DNA of 64,000 bases from Hypanus sabinus (taxonomy: Eukaryota): NCBI RefSeq assembly GCF_030144855.1, contig NC_082714.1:20212001-20276000 (forward strand), in the 5' to 3' direction. The notes below the pieces were generated by a model. That model was given only the letters and a program-made list of their open reading frames with translations, had not been told where the DNA came from and searched no databases. How positions within the stretch are numbered: position 1 is the stretch's first letter; each line of letters starts with the position of its first letter. Both the position numbers and the translations under genes were made by a program. Shown in pieces: positions 37,214 to 48,246 of the stretch.

Positions 37214-37655
37214 TGCTCAATAAAATATTTTTGAATATTAAACACACCCTACAGTGCCATTGGAACAGACAATTATCCTTATTTAACATTGAAGAAGCAA
37301 GTGTTTTATGGCATCTCACTTGAAGAGCTATGGTTCTTTCCACTCGAGTGTGCAGTTAGTCACAGAGAGTGGTTTGGAGTGGGAGAATGCTGCCTTTCAG
37401 AAAGAACTTTGATAGTAACAAGAAGAAGAGGGAAAATGAAAGCCAACTTTCCAATTTGTCCTGTTATTGAGTAATAATCATAATACTGTGGAGAATCCAA
37501 ACACCACATATTCAGGAAAGCATATGAAAAGTGGAACATTTCACTGATATTGAAATATGGTTGCTTACATGAAACATGTTGAAAGTCAAATTGGATGACC
37601 CTGAAACAGAAATGGGACATCCTGTCTCCCAAATCGAAATGAAACAAGGTGCGAA

Positions 37656-37661
37656 ACTTAC
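37656..37661 (-). promoter_or_regulatory. Splice donor of the GRIN2A exon
   Basis: Consensus AAG/GTAAGT on the minus strand. Confidence 0.9.
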
Positions 37662-37776
37662 CTTTTCCCAGGTACGCTCTTTGTTCAATACTATCACCAC
37701 TAGCTTTGGGTTGGACTGATACCCATCCCGAGTGAAGGAGAGATCTCTGCCATTCCAGGATACATTCATCATAAAC
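37662..37776 (-). CDS. GRIN2A: Internal coding exon of NMDA receptor subunit GluN2A (distal amino-terminal domain), 115 nt, phase 2 to phase 0
   Basis: Translates as (G)[38 protein letters not shown], 27/38 identical to human GluN2[39 protein letters not shown] as I recall it, and closer to 2A than to 2B, 2C or 2D. Flanked by ttttctattcacccctcAG and AAG/GTAAGT. Length and phases match the human c.1008-1122 exon. The N-V-S/T glycosylation sequon is kept. Confidence 0.92.
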
Positions 37777-37802
37777 CTGAGGGGTGAATAGAAAACAGTT
37801 AA
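37777..37802 (-). promoter_or_regulatory. Splice acceptor, polypyrimidine tract and probable branch point of the GRIN2A exon
   Basis: Minus strand reads ttaactgttttctattcacccctcag, a YTRAY-type TTAAC about 23 nt upstream of the exon. Confidence 0.8.
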
Positions 37803-37924
37803 TCCTAATCTGTCTGTCATCATTCAAAGGTTTGAATAATAAAATATGCTAATAAATTGGAACTATCTTTTGTAGTTTAGGATGGAACATCTGAACTATC
37901 TGAAATAGATATTTTTCATAGATT

Positions 37925-37980
37925 CATTTCTATAGATGCTGCCTGACCTGCTGAGTTCCTCCAGCATTTTATGTGCATTA
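37925..37980 (+). mobile_element. Penelope-like terminal-repeat fragment about 150 nt from the exon
   Basis: tagatgctgcctgacctgctgagttcctccagcatttt. Confidence 0.75.
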
Positions 37981-39159
37981 CTTTTCCTAATGATGCTACT
38001 ATATGGTTATACACCAGTAAGAAGTGATAATATAATTCTACATGACACTTGAATTAATTCCTAATGCTTCATCCAGGTTATAAATAAAGTATAATAAATA
38101 AAGTATGAGATACTCTTCCACTGACTTCACAATTTTGTCACCAACAGGAAATCTTTGAACATAATCCTAGCTAGGATCATAAACCAGGGATATTTTTGAG
38201 TGCATCATTCAACACATAATAATGCATCATATCAGATGATGTTATCAGTACTGTATTTATATATTTGTTATATAATGAGTTTAATTTCAAACCCACACAT
38301 AAATAATTATATTGAATTGAGAGTTTTATCATCATTCTTTATTCCTGGTGAAAAATATTCTTCTTTTATAAAAGCAGTTCATTTTTTATCGCAATGGTCT
38401 AATGCGTAATTAAACATTATTTACAAGTTTGGAACAGATGTTTGTGATCCTTTCTTAGTAATATTAATGTGATTATGTAATTTCTGGCTCTTTTACAATG
38501 CACTGAAATGTAACATTGTATTTCAAAGAAAAAAATAAACAGAAGAAAAGTGAATTTGTTGTAGAATCAAAGCTAATTATGATAAACCCATATAAATGGC
38601 AATATTATTTCACAAGAGCATCAGATAAAGTTTACAGTGACAAATGATGTAGTTTCTTTCTGCAAAAAAAAAACACATTCTGACAGGAATTTGTAATAAA
38701 GAAGTTTCGTCTGATATGGATATTCAGGAATTGCTCCTGCAATTCTCAGATACCTTTGTTCAAACAGCTGAAAGATTTTACACATCTGTAGAAACATTCA
38801 ATTTGTAAGTGTTCCTTGTTGTCTCCAGGGGATTTGAGGAAATAAACACAATTTGGATGATCATACTTGGAATTTTCATAGTTTGAATTGTTTGTTATAC
38901 TTGTGGTTCAGGTAATGATAGAAATCACCATTTCATAGGGCATTTATCTATTAAAGTCAAGTTGCTATAAATGAAAGGGTAAGGAAATATTATCACTCCA
39001 TTACACAAATCTTAGAAACAGTTGTCACAATTCTTCAACCAAATCCACATGGATTTCAGCACCCATGTAAGCATCTTTTATTCTTTCTCTTAGCATCCTT
39101 TATGTTTTGGGCAGCCCCATTCAAGATTAAAGAGGGCAATCTTCCATCTCAACTTCACT

Positions 39160-39740
39160 TTCAAGTTCAAGTTCATGTTGAAGCTTATTGTTATTCAATT
39201 ATTCACATGTATACAGCTAAACAAAACATTGTTTCTCTGGGGCCAAGATGCAAAACACAGTACATATGGTCACGCACAGCACACATAGTTACGACGCAGC
39301 ACAGAAATATTATTTACACAAGTCCCAGAGTGGCATACTGTAGCCTGAAGATTAACAAGTTGACATAAAATGTGAGGAGCATGTTTATGTAAGACAGTAT
39401 AATGCTGTTGGCACTATTGTAATAAAACAAGCTGTGGTACAGGTATGTGAAACAGCTGCAATAAAAAATGGAAAAATGACCAGAGCAGGATTAGAATGTG
39501 TCTGTTGGTTGGGGTGTTGGGAATGGGGTGGAGGCCTCAGGGCATTCAGACAGGATGTACATGTATTCCGGATGAGAGAAGGCTATTAAAAAATCTCACT
39601 GCCTGGGGGAAGTATCTGTTACCGACCCTGACAGATCTGGTTCTTATGCTGTGGTACCTTCCACAAGGGGATTGTGGGAAGTATGGGAGGGGAATTTGAC
39701 GACGCTGGAAATACTGCATATGCAGTGCTTCTGATATATG
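39160..39740 (-). mobile_element. Rex1-type 3' end with (GAACTT)n tail
   Basis: Minus strand near 39600 encodes GNRYFPQAVRFFN, the Rex1 ORF terminus. Confidence 0.7.
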
Positions 39741-40315
39741 ATCTGAATTGGGGGAGAAGGGAAAGAGACTCTGGTGATGTTTTCAGCAGCTAATTCCCAA
39801 CTAATTTCTATAACCCATCAAATTGCCAATTTGGTCAGTGTCCATCTTGAAATAATCAGAAACTGAGTACCAACAGCTCCTTCTGGTGAAGAAGAATTCC
39901 TACAAACAATCCCACTATCCTGAGAATATGCTGCTCAATTCCTCCCAACTTCTTAACTTCCACCATGTCAAACCCTCTCAGAATCTTACAACCGTCAATG
40001 AGATTAATAAATTTGCAGTCATATAGCAAGCTCACGACGTCCCAAGCTATTTTAGTTTACGATCTGAAGGTGGACTTACTTTTACAATATAAAGAAATTC
40101 AGCAGCTAATTTGTGCACAGCAGGTGCCCAAACTTTTCTCTGATGGTGAACAAGCTATCTGTTTTTATTCATATAAAAACAGAAAATGTTGTGAATACTC
40201 AGCAGGTCCAGGTAGGAATCTGGTAGGGAACTGAATTAACATTACAGGCTGATGTTCCCAATATCAAAAAATGCCTGGCTCGAACACAATCTGGAAATGC
40301 TGCTTATCTGGAGTT

Positions 40316-40945
40316 GTCACTTCAACGCCAAGCCCTGATGACAATAGGTGAGAAGAGACCGAACCAGTGGGGTGAGTCCATCGTCACTACAGAGGCAAAC
40401 CGAGTGCTCAGCTGTTGCCATCTGGTTGATGACCATTTAAATCAAAAATAAATATCCGCTGATTTCTATAAATAACAAGTGAGCACTCTATCGGATTAAC
40501 TTCCATAGGATGGACGTCGGAAAATGTAACAGCAGTGTCAAATGTCTTATGGGAACATTGTAGACACAGAAGCCGGCATTTGACCCTGTAGGAGCCATGT
40601 ACCTATTCTCCGTCTACATTGTGTTGCGCATTTATTATGCATCTCGGTAATTTGTCATGTGGGTCGAGGGGTGCGAGAAGCAAATCAGTATACTTTTATA
40701 GTTTCCGCCTTTACCTAGTTAGTTAGATTTGTTGAGTTGAGAGGGAGTGAGACGGGGGTTATTTTTTGTTTGCCACTCACTTAATTATTCTAACTTGAAC
40801 ACTAGTAATATTGGTTGGTTATATCGCTAATTTAGTTTTGTTAGTCTCTTATCGCTATAAGATCGCTCGTCTTTGCTTGTTAGTAATAAAGGACTGACGT
40901 ACTTTTTTCAATTTGGAGCTCATTTATTTGGAAGCACATCATACA
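40316..40945 (+). mobile_element. Possible solo LTR
   Basis: A block with more CpG than its flanks, TG...CA ends, and AATAAA about 55 nt before the right end. No clean TSD found. Confidence 0.35.
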
Positions 40946-41049
40946 GTGTCAATTCCCATACTCAGCTTCTCAGCAATATTGGTTTGTTTTCAAGAGACCG
41001 CTGCAGACTTTAAAGTTTGTTCTGACATATAGAAAGATCAAGGTTAATA

Positions 41050-41480
41050 TTTTATCTCAGTTCCAATTGCTTGCACTAATGCCATATCTTTTAATAACAT
41101 CTAAAAAGTTTTCAACCTCTTCCTTAAATATACTCAACAATTCAATGTTCATAGCTGCATTGTGTAAGAAATTGCAGATTGCTACCAGCTGGACAAAGAA
41201 ATTGCTGGTTGATATCCTGAATGATTTCTCCAGGAGAAACATTGACTGTTCACTCATCTTGTCAAGGCACTTGTCCCTTTTACTAAACTCAAATCCAATC
41301 GTTCAACAATCAAGAGAGTGTAGCTCACTTAATTTCCTTTCATGCAGTGGAGCCTCAATCCCAGCAATCACTGTTCACCTCCTATCGCAAGGATTTCTTT
41401 CCTTAAGTAGAGATGGTCAGTCCTGCATACAACATTCCATGACTAGTCTCACTAAGCATCCAAATAAACAAAGGGAAGTT
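41050..41480 (-). mobile_element. Very old CR1 fragment
   Basis: LLSIFKEEVENFL...KRYG on the minus strand. Confidence 0.5.
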
Positions 41481-41554
41481 TTTCTATTCTTGCATCCAAA
41501 TCATCATGCATACACTTCAATGTATCATTTAAATTCCTCAGTACTATCATTTCA

Positions 41555-42262
41555 GGGGACCTGTCCTGGGCCCTAAAACTTAATTGCAATTGTGAAGAAA
41601 GCACGGCAGCACCTTTACTCCTTCAGGAGTTTGTGAACATTTGGCATGACATCTAAAACTTTGTAAAACTTCTAGATACGTGTGGTGGAGAGCAAATTAA
41701 CTGGCTGCGTCACAGGCTGGAATGCAAACACCAATGCCCGTGAATGGAAAATTTCTCAAGCAGTTGTGGATACAGCCCAGTGCATAATGGGTAAAGCCCT
41801 CCCCACCTTCAAGAACATCTATATGGATTATTGTCACAGGAAAACAGCATCCATCATCAGGGACCCACCACCCAAACAGCTTCTCGCTGCTGCTATCAGG
41901 CAAAAGGTACAGGAGCTTCAGGATTCACACCACCAGGTTCGGGAACAACTCAACTCAACTTCACTCACCCCATCATTGAAATGTTCCCACAACCTGTGGA
42001 CTCACTTTCAACGACTCTTCATCTCATGTTCTCAATATTTATTGCTTATTTATTCATTATTATTATATCTTTCTTTTTGTATTTGCACAGTTTATTGTCT
42101 TTTTCACATTGGTTTGACGCCCAAGGCGGTGCAGTCTTTCATTGATTATTATTCTATTTTGGTCTTAATTGAGTATCCCCACAAGAAAATGAATCTCAGG
42201 GTTGTATATGGTGACATATATGTACTTTGATAGTTAGTTTATTTCGACCTTTGAACTTTTGA
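41555..42262 (+). mobile_element. Rex1 LINE 3' region with (ACTTTGA)n-type tail
   Basis: KKARQHLYSFRSL, VVESKLTGCVTGW and HRKTASIIRDP. This copy links the abundant tail family to a Rex1 RT. Confidence 0.88.
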
Positions 42263-42299
42263 CTTACTAATTGATTTGCTGTTAATTTTCGGAGAGTTA

Positions 42300-43220
42300 T
42301 TTTCAAGGACACCTTGGTGGACCTGAAACACACATTTTTCAAACTCTCACCACTTTAAAAAATCAGCTTTTCTATTTATCTCCCAAAGATATTTCCACAT
42401 TATATCCTTTCTGCCAACTCCTTGTCCATTTATATACTGTAGGTAATTCAGATCTCCCTGAAGCATCTTCTGCATCCTTCTCACAGCCTACACAACCAAC
42501 TGACTTTTGATCTGCTTAAGTAAATCTTTGATATAGCTAAGAATTTGAAGTGATCCTTGTGACATCTTGCCAATTTCAGCCTCCAAACCCTCAAATTAAC
42601 CATTTATTCCTACTCCTTGATTTCAGTCCATTAACTAATTAACAATTCGCAGCAATATATCATACCCTCTACACAGAAGATTCTGCAGGGCTGGAAATCC
42701 AAAGCTGGAGGAACTCAGCTGGCCAGGCAGCAGCTATGGAAATGGATAAACTGTCGACAATTCAGGCCAAGATCCTTCGTCAGGGCTCAGGACACATTAT
42801 ACCCTCTGCTTGCCATTTTAAATTAGTTTAATATTTGTTTTCTGCCTCAGGACACATTCTACCTTCTGCTAGCCATTTTAAGTTAGTTTAATCATTTTTA
42901 CCATAGACCTCCTGAAAATCCAGATACAGCTCATCAACATCTCATTTCGTCTGCTGTTTAAAACACATGGAATGAAATTGTCTAGAATTGTAACTTTTCC
43001 ATAAATCCATGTGAAATGATCCTACTGATATCGTTGATTTTTCTGTGGTCTCTGTTATCTCTCCTCCTCCTTTCTTAAAAACAGGGTTTACATTTGTTGC
43101 TTTATGATCAGAAATGATAGGTTAGAAATGACAGCCTGTCTCCACAGCCACCTCCTTCAAAACTGTAAGATGCAGTCTTCATATCCTGCTGATTTATTAC
43201 CAATTAATTTTGACAAAGCA
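42300..43220 (-). mobile_element. Very old CR1 with a Penelope arm inserted at 42671-42785
   Basis: Scattered CR1 RT remnants (tgaaaatccagatac, ccataaatccatg). The PLE arm reads gctggaggaactcagctggccaggcagc...ccttcgtcaggg. Confidence 0.55.
42786..42892 (+). repeat. 47-bp direct duplication with a 60-bp period
   Basis: 42786-42832 versus 42846-42892, 4 mismatches. Confidence 0.9.
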
Positions 43221-43967
43221 CTTTTTCTTTCTCCAAAGTATGTAGTTCTCCAGTATCTGGAATTGGAATTAGTTTATTATAGTCACTTGTACCGAGATAC
43301 AGTGAAAATCAATTCATTACAGAATTCATTGAGGTAGAACAAGGTAGAACAATGTGCCTTCTTTTCTGAATATTTGTCTTATTACTCTGCCATTTTCTTA
43401 TCTCCCAATAGATTTTCTATTATCTCAGTCTGCAATAATAAAGAAGCTTATGTGTGTTTTGCTCATCTGCTCTCATATTTTACCTTTCCTCTATTGTTAT
43501 TTTCCTTCCTCTTGCTGAATTTTGCAGTTTATTTGATCCTCTGGTCTCTGTTACTCTTGCAATTTTACAATCATGTTTCTTTGAACTAATACTGTTTTTA
43601 ATTTCTCAATAGCCATGGCTGAACTGCTTATATATATACACACACAAATGTACATAGAAAAAGAAAGCTATGGTGCCTAAGACAGGCTTGACTTGCATTG
43701 ATAACATCGTTGACAACTCACATCTATGTTCAAAGTAATCAAAGTACATTTATTATCAAAGAGTATAACCTTGAGATCTGCTTGTTTGCAAGCAGTCGCA
43801 AAGCAAGAAACCCAAAAGTGCCTAATTTTAAAAATGAATATATTATAATAAATAAAAATAAATATATTATGTTATATATATTGTACTTTATTATTAAAAC
43901 TTATGACCACGGTTACAGATTGAGTTCATTTCTTTCACAAAGTGAAGCAATCATTAAACTTAGAACA

Positions 43968-44430
43968 ATGTGGTGGTTGGCATCCGTCTGTCTCGAAGGA
44001 CAATGGGTGATGATCATCACCTCAAGCCTGGGGGGAAGGTATGGAGATCCTGAGATGCCCAGTCATCAAGCTCACCTTCTCACCCTTACCATTGTAGTCC
44101 AAAGGGAAGCTTATGAAGCAAAATGTTTGGCACCAGCTTGGCTGCAGGAGCTTTCGGAAGGATGTTCAATGATGTCGAGCTGCCTTAGGGGCTCCACTAT
44201 GGATTTGCTGTCTGGGTTTACTCCCATAGCCTTCGTCTCTCCAGAGGCTGCCCACAAGGCACACCGGTGTGTGTCACCGGTGAGGATGCACTACTTGAGG
44301 CTTGCTGCTGGAGGGGCTGTGTACTGGCAAGGACAGACTTACACATGCAGCTCTCCTTTTCATAAGACTGCTAGCCAGCGGTGGAAGCTGAAAGTGAGAG
44401 TGACAAGCTCCACCCACCTACACTAGCTCA
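43968..44430 (-). mobile_element. Non-autonomous RTE-derived element, second family
   Basis: The minus-strand 3' end TTCGAGACAGACGGATGCCAACCACCA resembles RTE 3' termini. No RT motifs. Confidence 0.55.
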
Positions 44431-44751
44431 CTAGACGCATCACAACAACCATTTTGACACAGAATATATCATTTAGAAAATAACTTTTTATTGTTAGTCA
44501 TATCTAGGCTTATAAACAAAGAATACCTTCTCTATAAATTTTGCTTCAATGCAACATTCTGAAAAATAACTTAGTGAATGGCAAAATTACTCAACAGATC
44601 TGTGGAGAAAGATAAGCCAGCGTTTCATCCCTATTTTATTTCAGATTTCTAGCATTTGGCTTACTTTTCCTTTCCAGGATAAGCTTCTACAGATTGATAG
44701 ATTAGCTACCAAACAAATTATATTTTCTGACTTTTGGGAGTGGTACTTTTC

Positions 44752-45125
44752 CAGGTAGGGTGGCAGGGTGGAAATACGTCCCTACCAAAAGAGATGTAAG
44801 GCGCTCTTTCGCTCCTCTAGGCCACCCTTAAGCAAAGTGTAGCACCCGCTTACCTCCCTGGGTCAGGGTCACATGAAACCATGGGAGCAGGTGGTGGACA
44901 GTCATGTGAGCAGCCGGTGCATATCACAAGTGCTGGTTATGCGACGACTGACACCAGGCAGACAATCTCTAAAGGGTATTGATAATGGCTGGAGCCACCC
45001 GTCTTGTAATGACAGTGCCCAGAAGAAGGCAATGGCAAACCACTTCTGTAGAAGAATTCCTCAAGAACAATTGTGGTGATGGAAGGACCATGATCATCCA
45101 CGTCATACAACAGGATACATATTGA
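44752..45125 (+). mobile_element. Short non-autonomous RTE-type retroposon, copy 2
   Basis: Colinear with 2534-2890. Confidence 0.75.
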
Positions 45126-45342
45126 GCAAACAAATGACTTTTCTGGGAGGAATTAAATGAGTTTACGATAATTTATGGGAAGATGCTGTCAAACTGTAAA
45201 AGAAAAATATAACAGCTTTAAATAAATCATGCAGAACCTGCAGGGTAAATAAAGATTTAATATCCTCAAATGCTGCTGACCACATGTAAACTTAAACAGA
45301 GTCTCAAATTGATAGTAAGGCAATAAGATAAATCTAAAAGGG

Positions 45343-46180
45343 TCAAAGGTTCATTTTATTGCCAAAGTACACGTGAACAATATAACTCTCATATTTGTCT
45401 TCTCCAGATAGCCATGAAACATAGAAAGACCATGGGTGTTGATGAAATAAGACATCAACTCCCCCGGCATGAAAAAGAAAAGAAACGAAACGCGCTGACC
45501 CCAAAATCCCCTTCCCCAGCAGCAAAAGAACGGCCACAATAAAAATCACTGATACCCTCAGTCACAGAAAAGAACAATAACAATCCCTGACCCCTCAATT
45601 TGCAGAAAAGAACAGTGACGGTACACCAACCACCCGCTCACACACAAAAAATTAACAGATCACCCACTCGCTGATCGTCCACAAGAAGGAAAATACCGGC
45701 AAACTGAAGAAAACCAATATAAAGTACAGTCCAACAATCACATAAATCTCAGAAAATCAGAAACATCTCTTCATCTGCATGTGAGGAGAGCAGCGCACAA
45801 ACGCAGTCCTTCCATAAGATGTATCCACTGACCAGGGTTTGAACGCTGCTGATCTGAGGTTTGCTCGCCACTTCAAGATGGAGTCGCTCGGGACTCAGCA
45901 CCTCGCCTCTGGTCTTTTCCATGAGTGAGCTTGTGTTTTCGGTCTTTTTTGGCCCCCTGTCTCTGATCTCCGTGAGGCCACTCTCCAGACACAATGGACA
46001 CACTGAAGCTTCGATCGAGTTCCAAGCTGCACGTCACAGGCTCCAGCCGTCTCCGTAACACAAACAAGGCAAAAAGAACAAACAGAAGGCGTAGAACAAG
46101 TGAAATAATTGGAGAGATTTGCTATCTGAAGGACGTCGCCTGAGGAATCGTTGGTTGTTAGCCCCATCTTGACTGCAAGT
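45343..46180 (-). mobile_element. Non-coding retroposon with Rex1-type tail and an AAGATGG 5' motif
   Basis: The 3' end tgtactttggcaataaaatgaacctttga resembles the Rex1 tail family. The 5' end reads ACTTGCAGTCAAGATGGGGC. CpG-rich body. Confidence 0.6.
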
Positions 46181-46399
46181 GCTAGCCACATAGAGCAAAA
46201 TGTGAGACAAGACTGCTGTACTATAAAGGTTTAAGGATGACACTCAGGATATGTGAATGAAGTGAGGTGACAGGGAGGTGAGGATGGAACTTATCAAAGA
46301 CAGTAGTGAAGCAGGACCAGAAATACTGAGAAACGGAGGAGAAATAGAATGAGTGGGGTGCTGTGGAGCTGGGGGTGGTGTTGTGATTCGTGGAAAGTT

Positions 46400-46737
46400 C
46401 AGGTTCAGGGACAGTTATCACCCTTCAACAATCGGGCTCCTGAATCAGTGTGGACAACCTCAACACTGAACTGATTCCACCACCTATGGATTGACTTTCA
46501 AGGACTCTATAGCTTATTATTATTTATTTCTGTATTATTTATTTGATCATTTATTTAGTATTTGAACCCTTTGTCTTCTTTTGCATACTGGTTGCTTGTC
46601 AAGTCTGTATGTGTAGGTTTTCATTGATTCTATTGTATTTCTTTGTTCTACTGTAAATGCTTGCAAGAAAATCAATTTCAGGGTAGTATATGATTACATA
46701 TACGTACTTTGATAATAAATTTACTTTGAACTTTGAG
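46400..46737 (+). mobile_element. Rex1-type 3' UTR
   Basis: ggttcagggacagttatcaccc...tttactttgaactttga. Confidence 0.8.
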
Positions 46738-46970
46738 ATTCACGCTGGAAGAATGTCGAAGAAATTCACTCAGATGAGTACAGGGACTGAAATACTCATA
46801 CTTAAGAGGTATAAAAGATGCAAAAGAGTCTTTGCAAGCATGCTGCAAATTCAGAGAAAAATAAAGCAGTAAGATATTCTCTCAGAAGTGCTAATGGGGG
46901 AATTAAAGAGTAGATCTGAATTCACTGGGTTACTAACTGAGCGCAGAGGGATAAGGGTCATTAATAAACT

Positions 46971-47197
46971 TGGGTGGCACAGTAGCGTAATGGTTAGTTA
47001 AAGCACAAGCAACATGGGTTCAATCCCCGCTGCTGTCTGTAAAGAGTTTATACTTGCTCTTTCCTCTGGGTGTTCCAGTTTACTCCCGTATTCCAAAGAC
47101 CTACGGGTTAGTCGGGTAATTGGTCATGTGTGCAATTGGGCAGCACAGGTTCTTTGAACTGGAAGGGCTTGTTACCTTGTATCTCTAAATTAAATTA
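46971..47197 (+). mobile_element. HE1-type tRNA SINE
   Basis: A box tagcgtaatgg, B box ggttcaatccc, body tactcccgtattccaaagac, and CR1-like tail ggaagggcttgttacc. Confidence 0.85.
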
Positions 47198-47481
47198 CAT
47201 AAACAGGCCTTCTCTCAGCTTTCCTGAAATAAGGTATGGAATATGTACATCCCAAAATTTTCGTTGCTCCTTTCTCATCTTCAGGGTGCCCTAATGTGCT
47301 TCTTAGTTGATCTCATACTTAAAATCTGAAATTAATAAGTTAGAAAACAACTAGAAATATTTCATTTCTAAAATTTCAAAAATAAACTAAAAATGCTGAA
47401 AATACTCAAAAGGCCAGGCAGCATCCTCACAGACAAAATATGAATGTTTCAGATCAATGACCTCACCAATCCAAAATGTAG

Positions 47482-47858
47482 ACAAGAGAAAAGCTGCAGA
47501 TGCTAGAAAATGCTGGAGGAACTCAGCAGGCCAGGTAGCATCTATAGATAAGAGTAAATCATTGACGTTTTGGGACGAGACCCTTCATCAGGACTGGGGA
47601 AGAAAAGATGAGAGGTTAGAGTAAGATGGTGGCAGGTGGGGAGGAAGAAGTAGAAGGTAGTAGGTGATAGGTGAAATTGGGAGGGGGAGGGTTGAAGTAA
47701 AGAGCTGGAAAGTCGATTAGAGAAAGAGATAAAGGGTTAGAGAAGGGGGAATCTGATAGGAGAGGCCATGGTAAAAAAGGAAGGGGTGGACCACCAGAAT
47801 GGAAGTGACAGGGCAAATAAGGTGATAAGGTGAGAGGGAGAAAAGGGAATGGGGAATG
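47482..47858 (-). mobile_element. Penelope-like 3' UTR and terminal repeat with dead hammerhead (47560-47596)
   Basis: Reverse complement of the 26370-26797 type. The core reads CTGATGA...AAAAC-GTC. Confidence 0.85.
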
Positions 47859-48246
47859 AATCTAAACCATAGTCCAATTCTCTCTACACATATACTGTCA
47901 GAACTGCAAAATATTTTCAGCGTGTTCTTTTATTTCAAGTACTTTAAAATAATTACTGTTGTAAAGAAGGGAATTACTATTGCCAATTTGGACTCAAAAA
48001 GAGACCTTGCAACGAATATATATAAATCTATTGTTGAGTGATAATTATTAACTAGAATATCAGAAGATCAACTATGCCCTTCTTCAAATATTCCCATGGA
48101 ATCTTTGATAGCCGCCTTTCTGGAGCTAGACAGATGATCCCCCAACATCCAAAACCTGGTAACTCTGATAAGTGCATCTTCTGGGAAATGTGTAAACTGA
48201 AAAATGTTAATTGCACCATTTTATTGGAAGTATCCTTCTCTCAGAT

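Noticed and set aside
37360-37827. 155-aa and 103-aa minus-strand ORFs as stand-alone genes
   Set aside because: Only the spliced 115-nt part of the 103-aa frame resembles GluN2A. The rest is intron read-through or an alternate frame.
39055-39075. TTCAGCACC REST/RE1 left half-site (also at about 26960)
   Set aside because: The right half GGACAG is absent at canonical spacing.
43698-44426. 242-aa plus-strand ORF as a gene
   Set aside because: Non-ATG start, low-complexity N-terminus, overlap with repeats, and no recognisable domain.
46971-47030. tRNA gene
   Set aside because: The A and B boxes belong to a SINE head. There is no complete cloverleaf, and the sequence continues into SINE body and tail.
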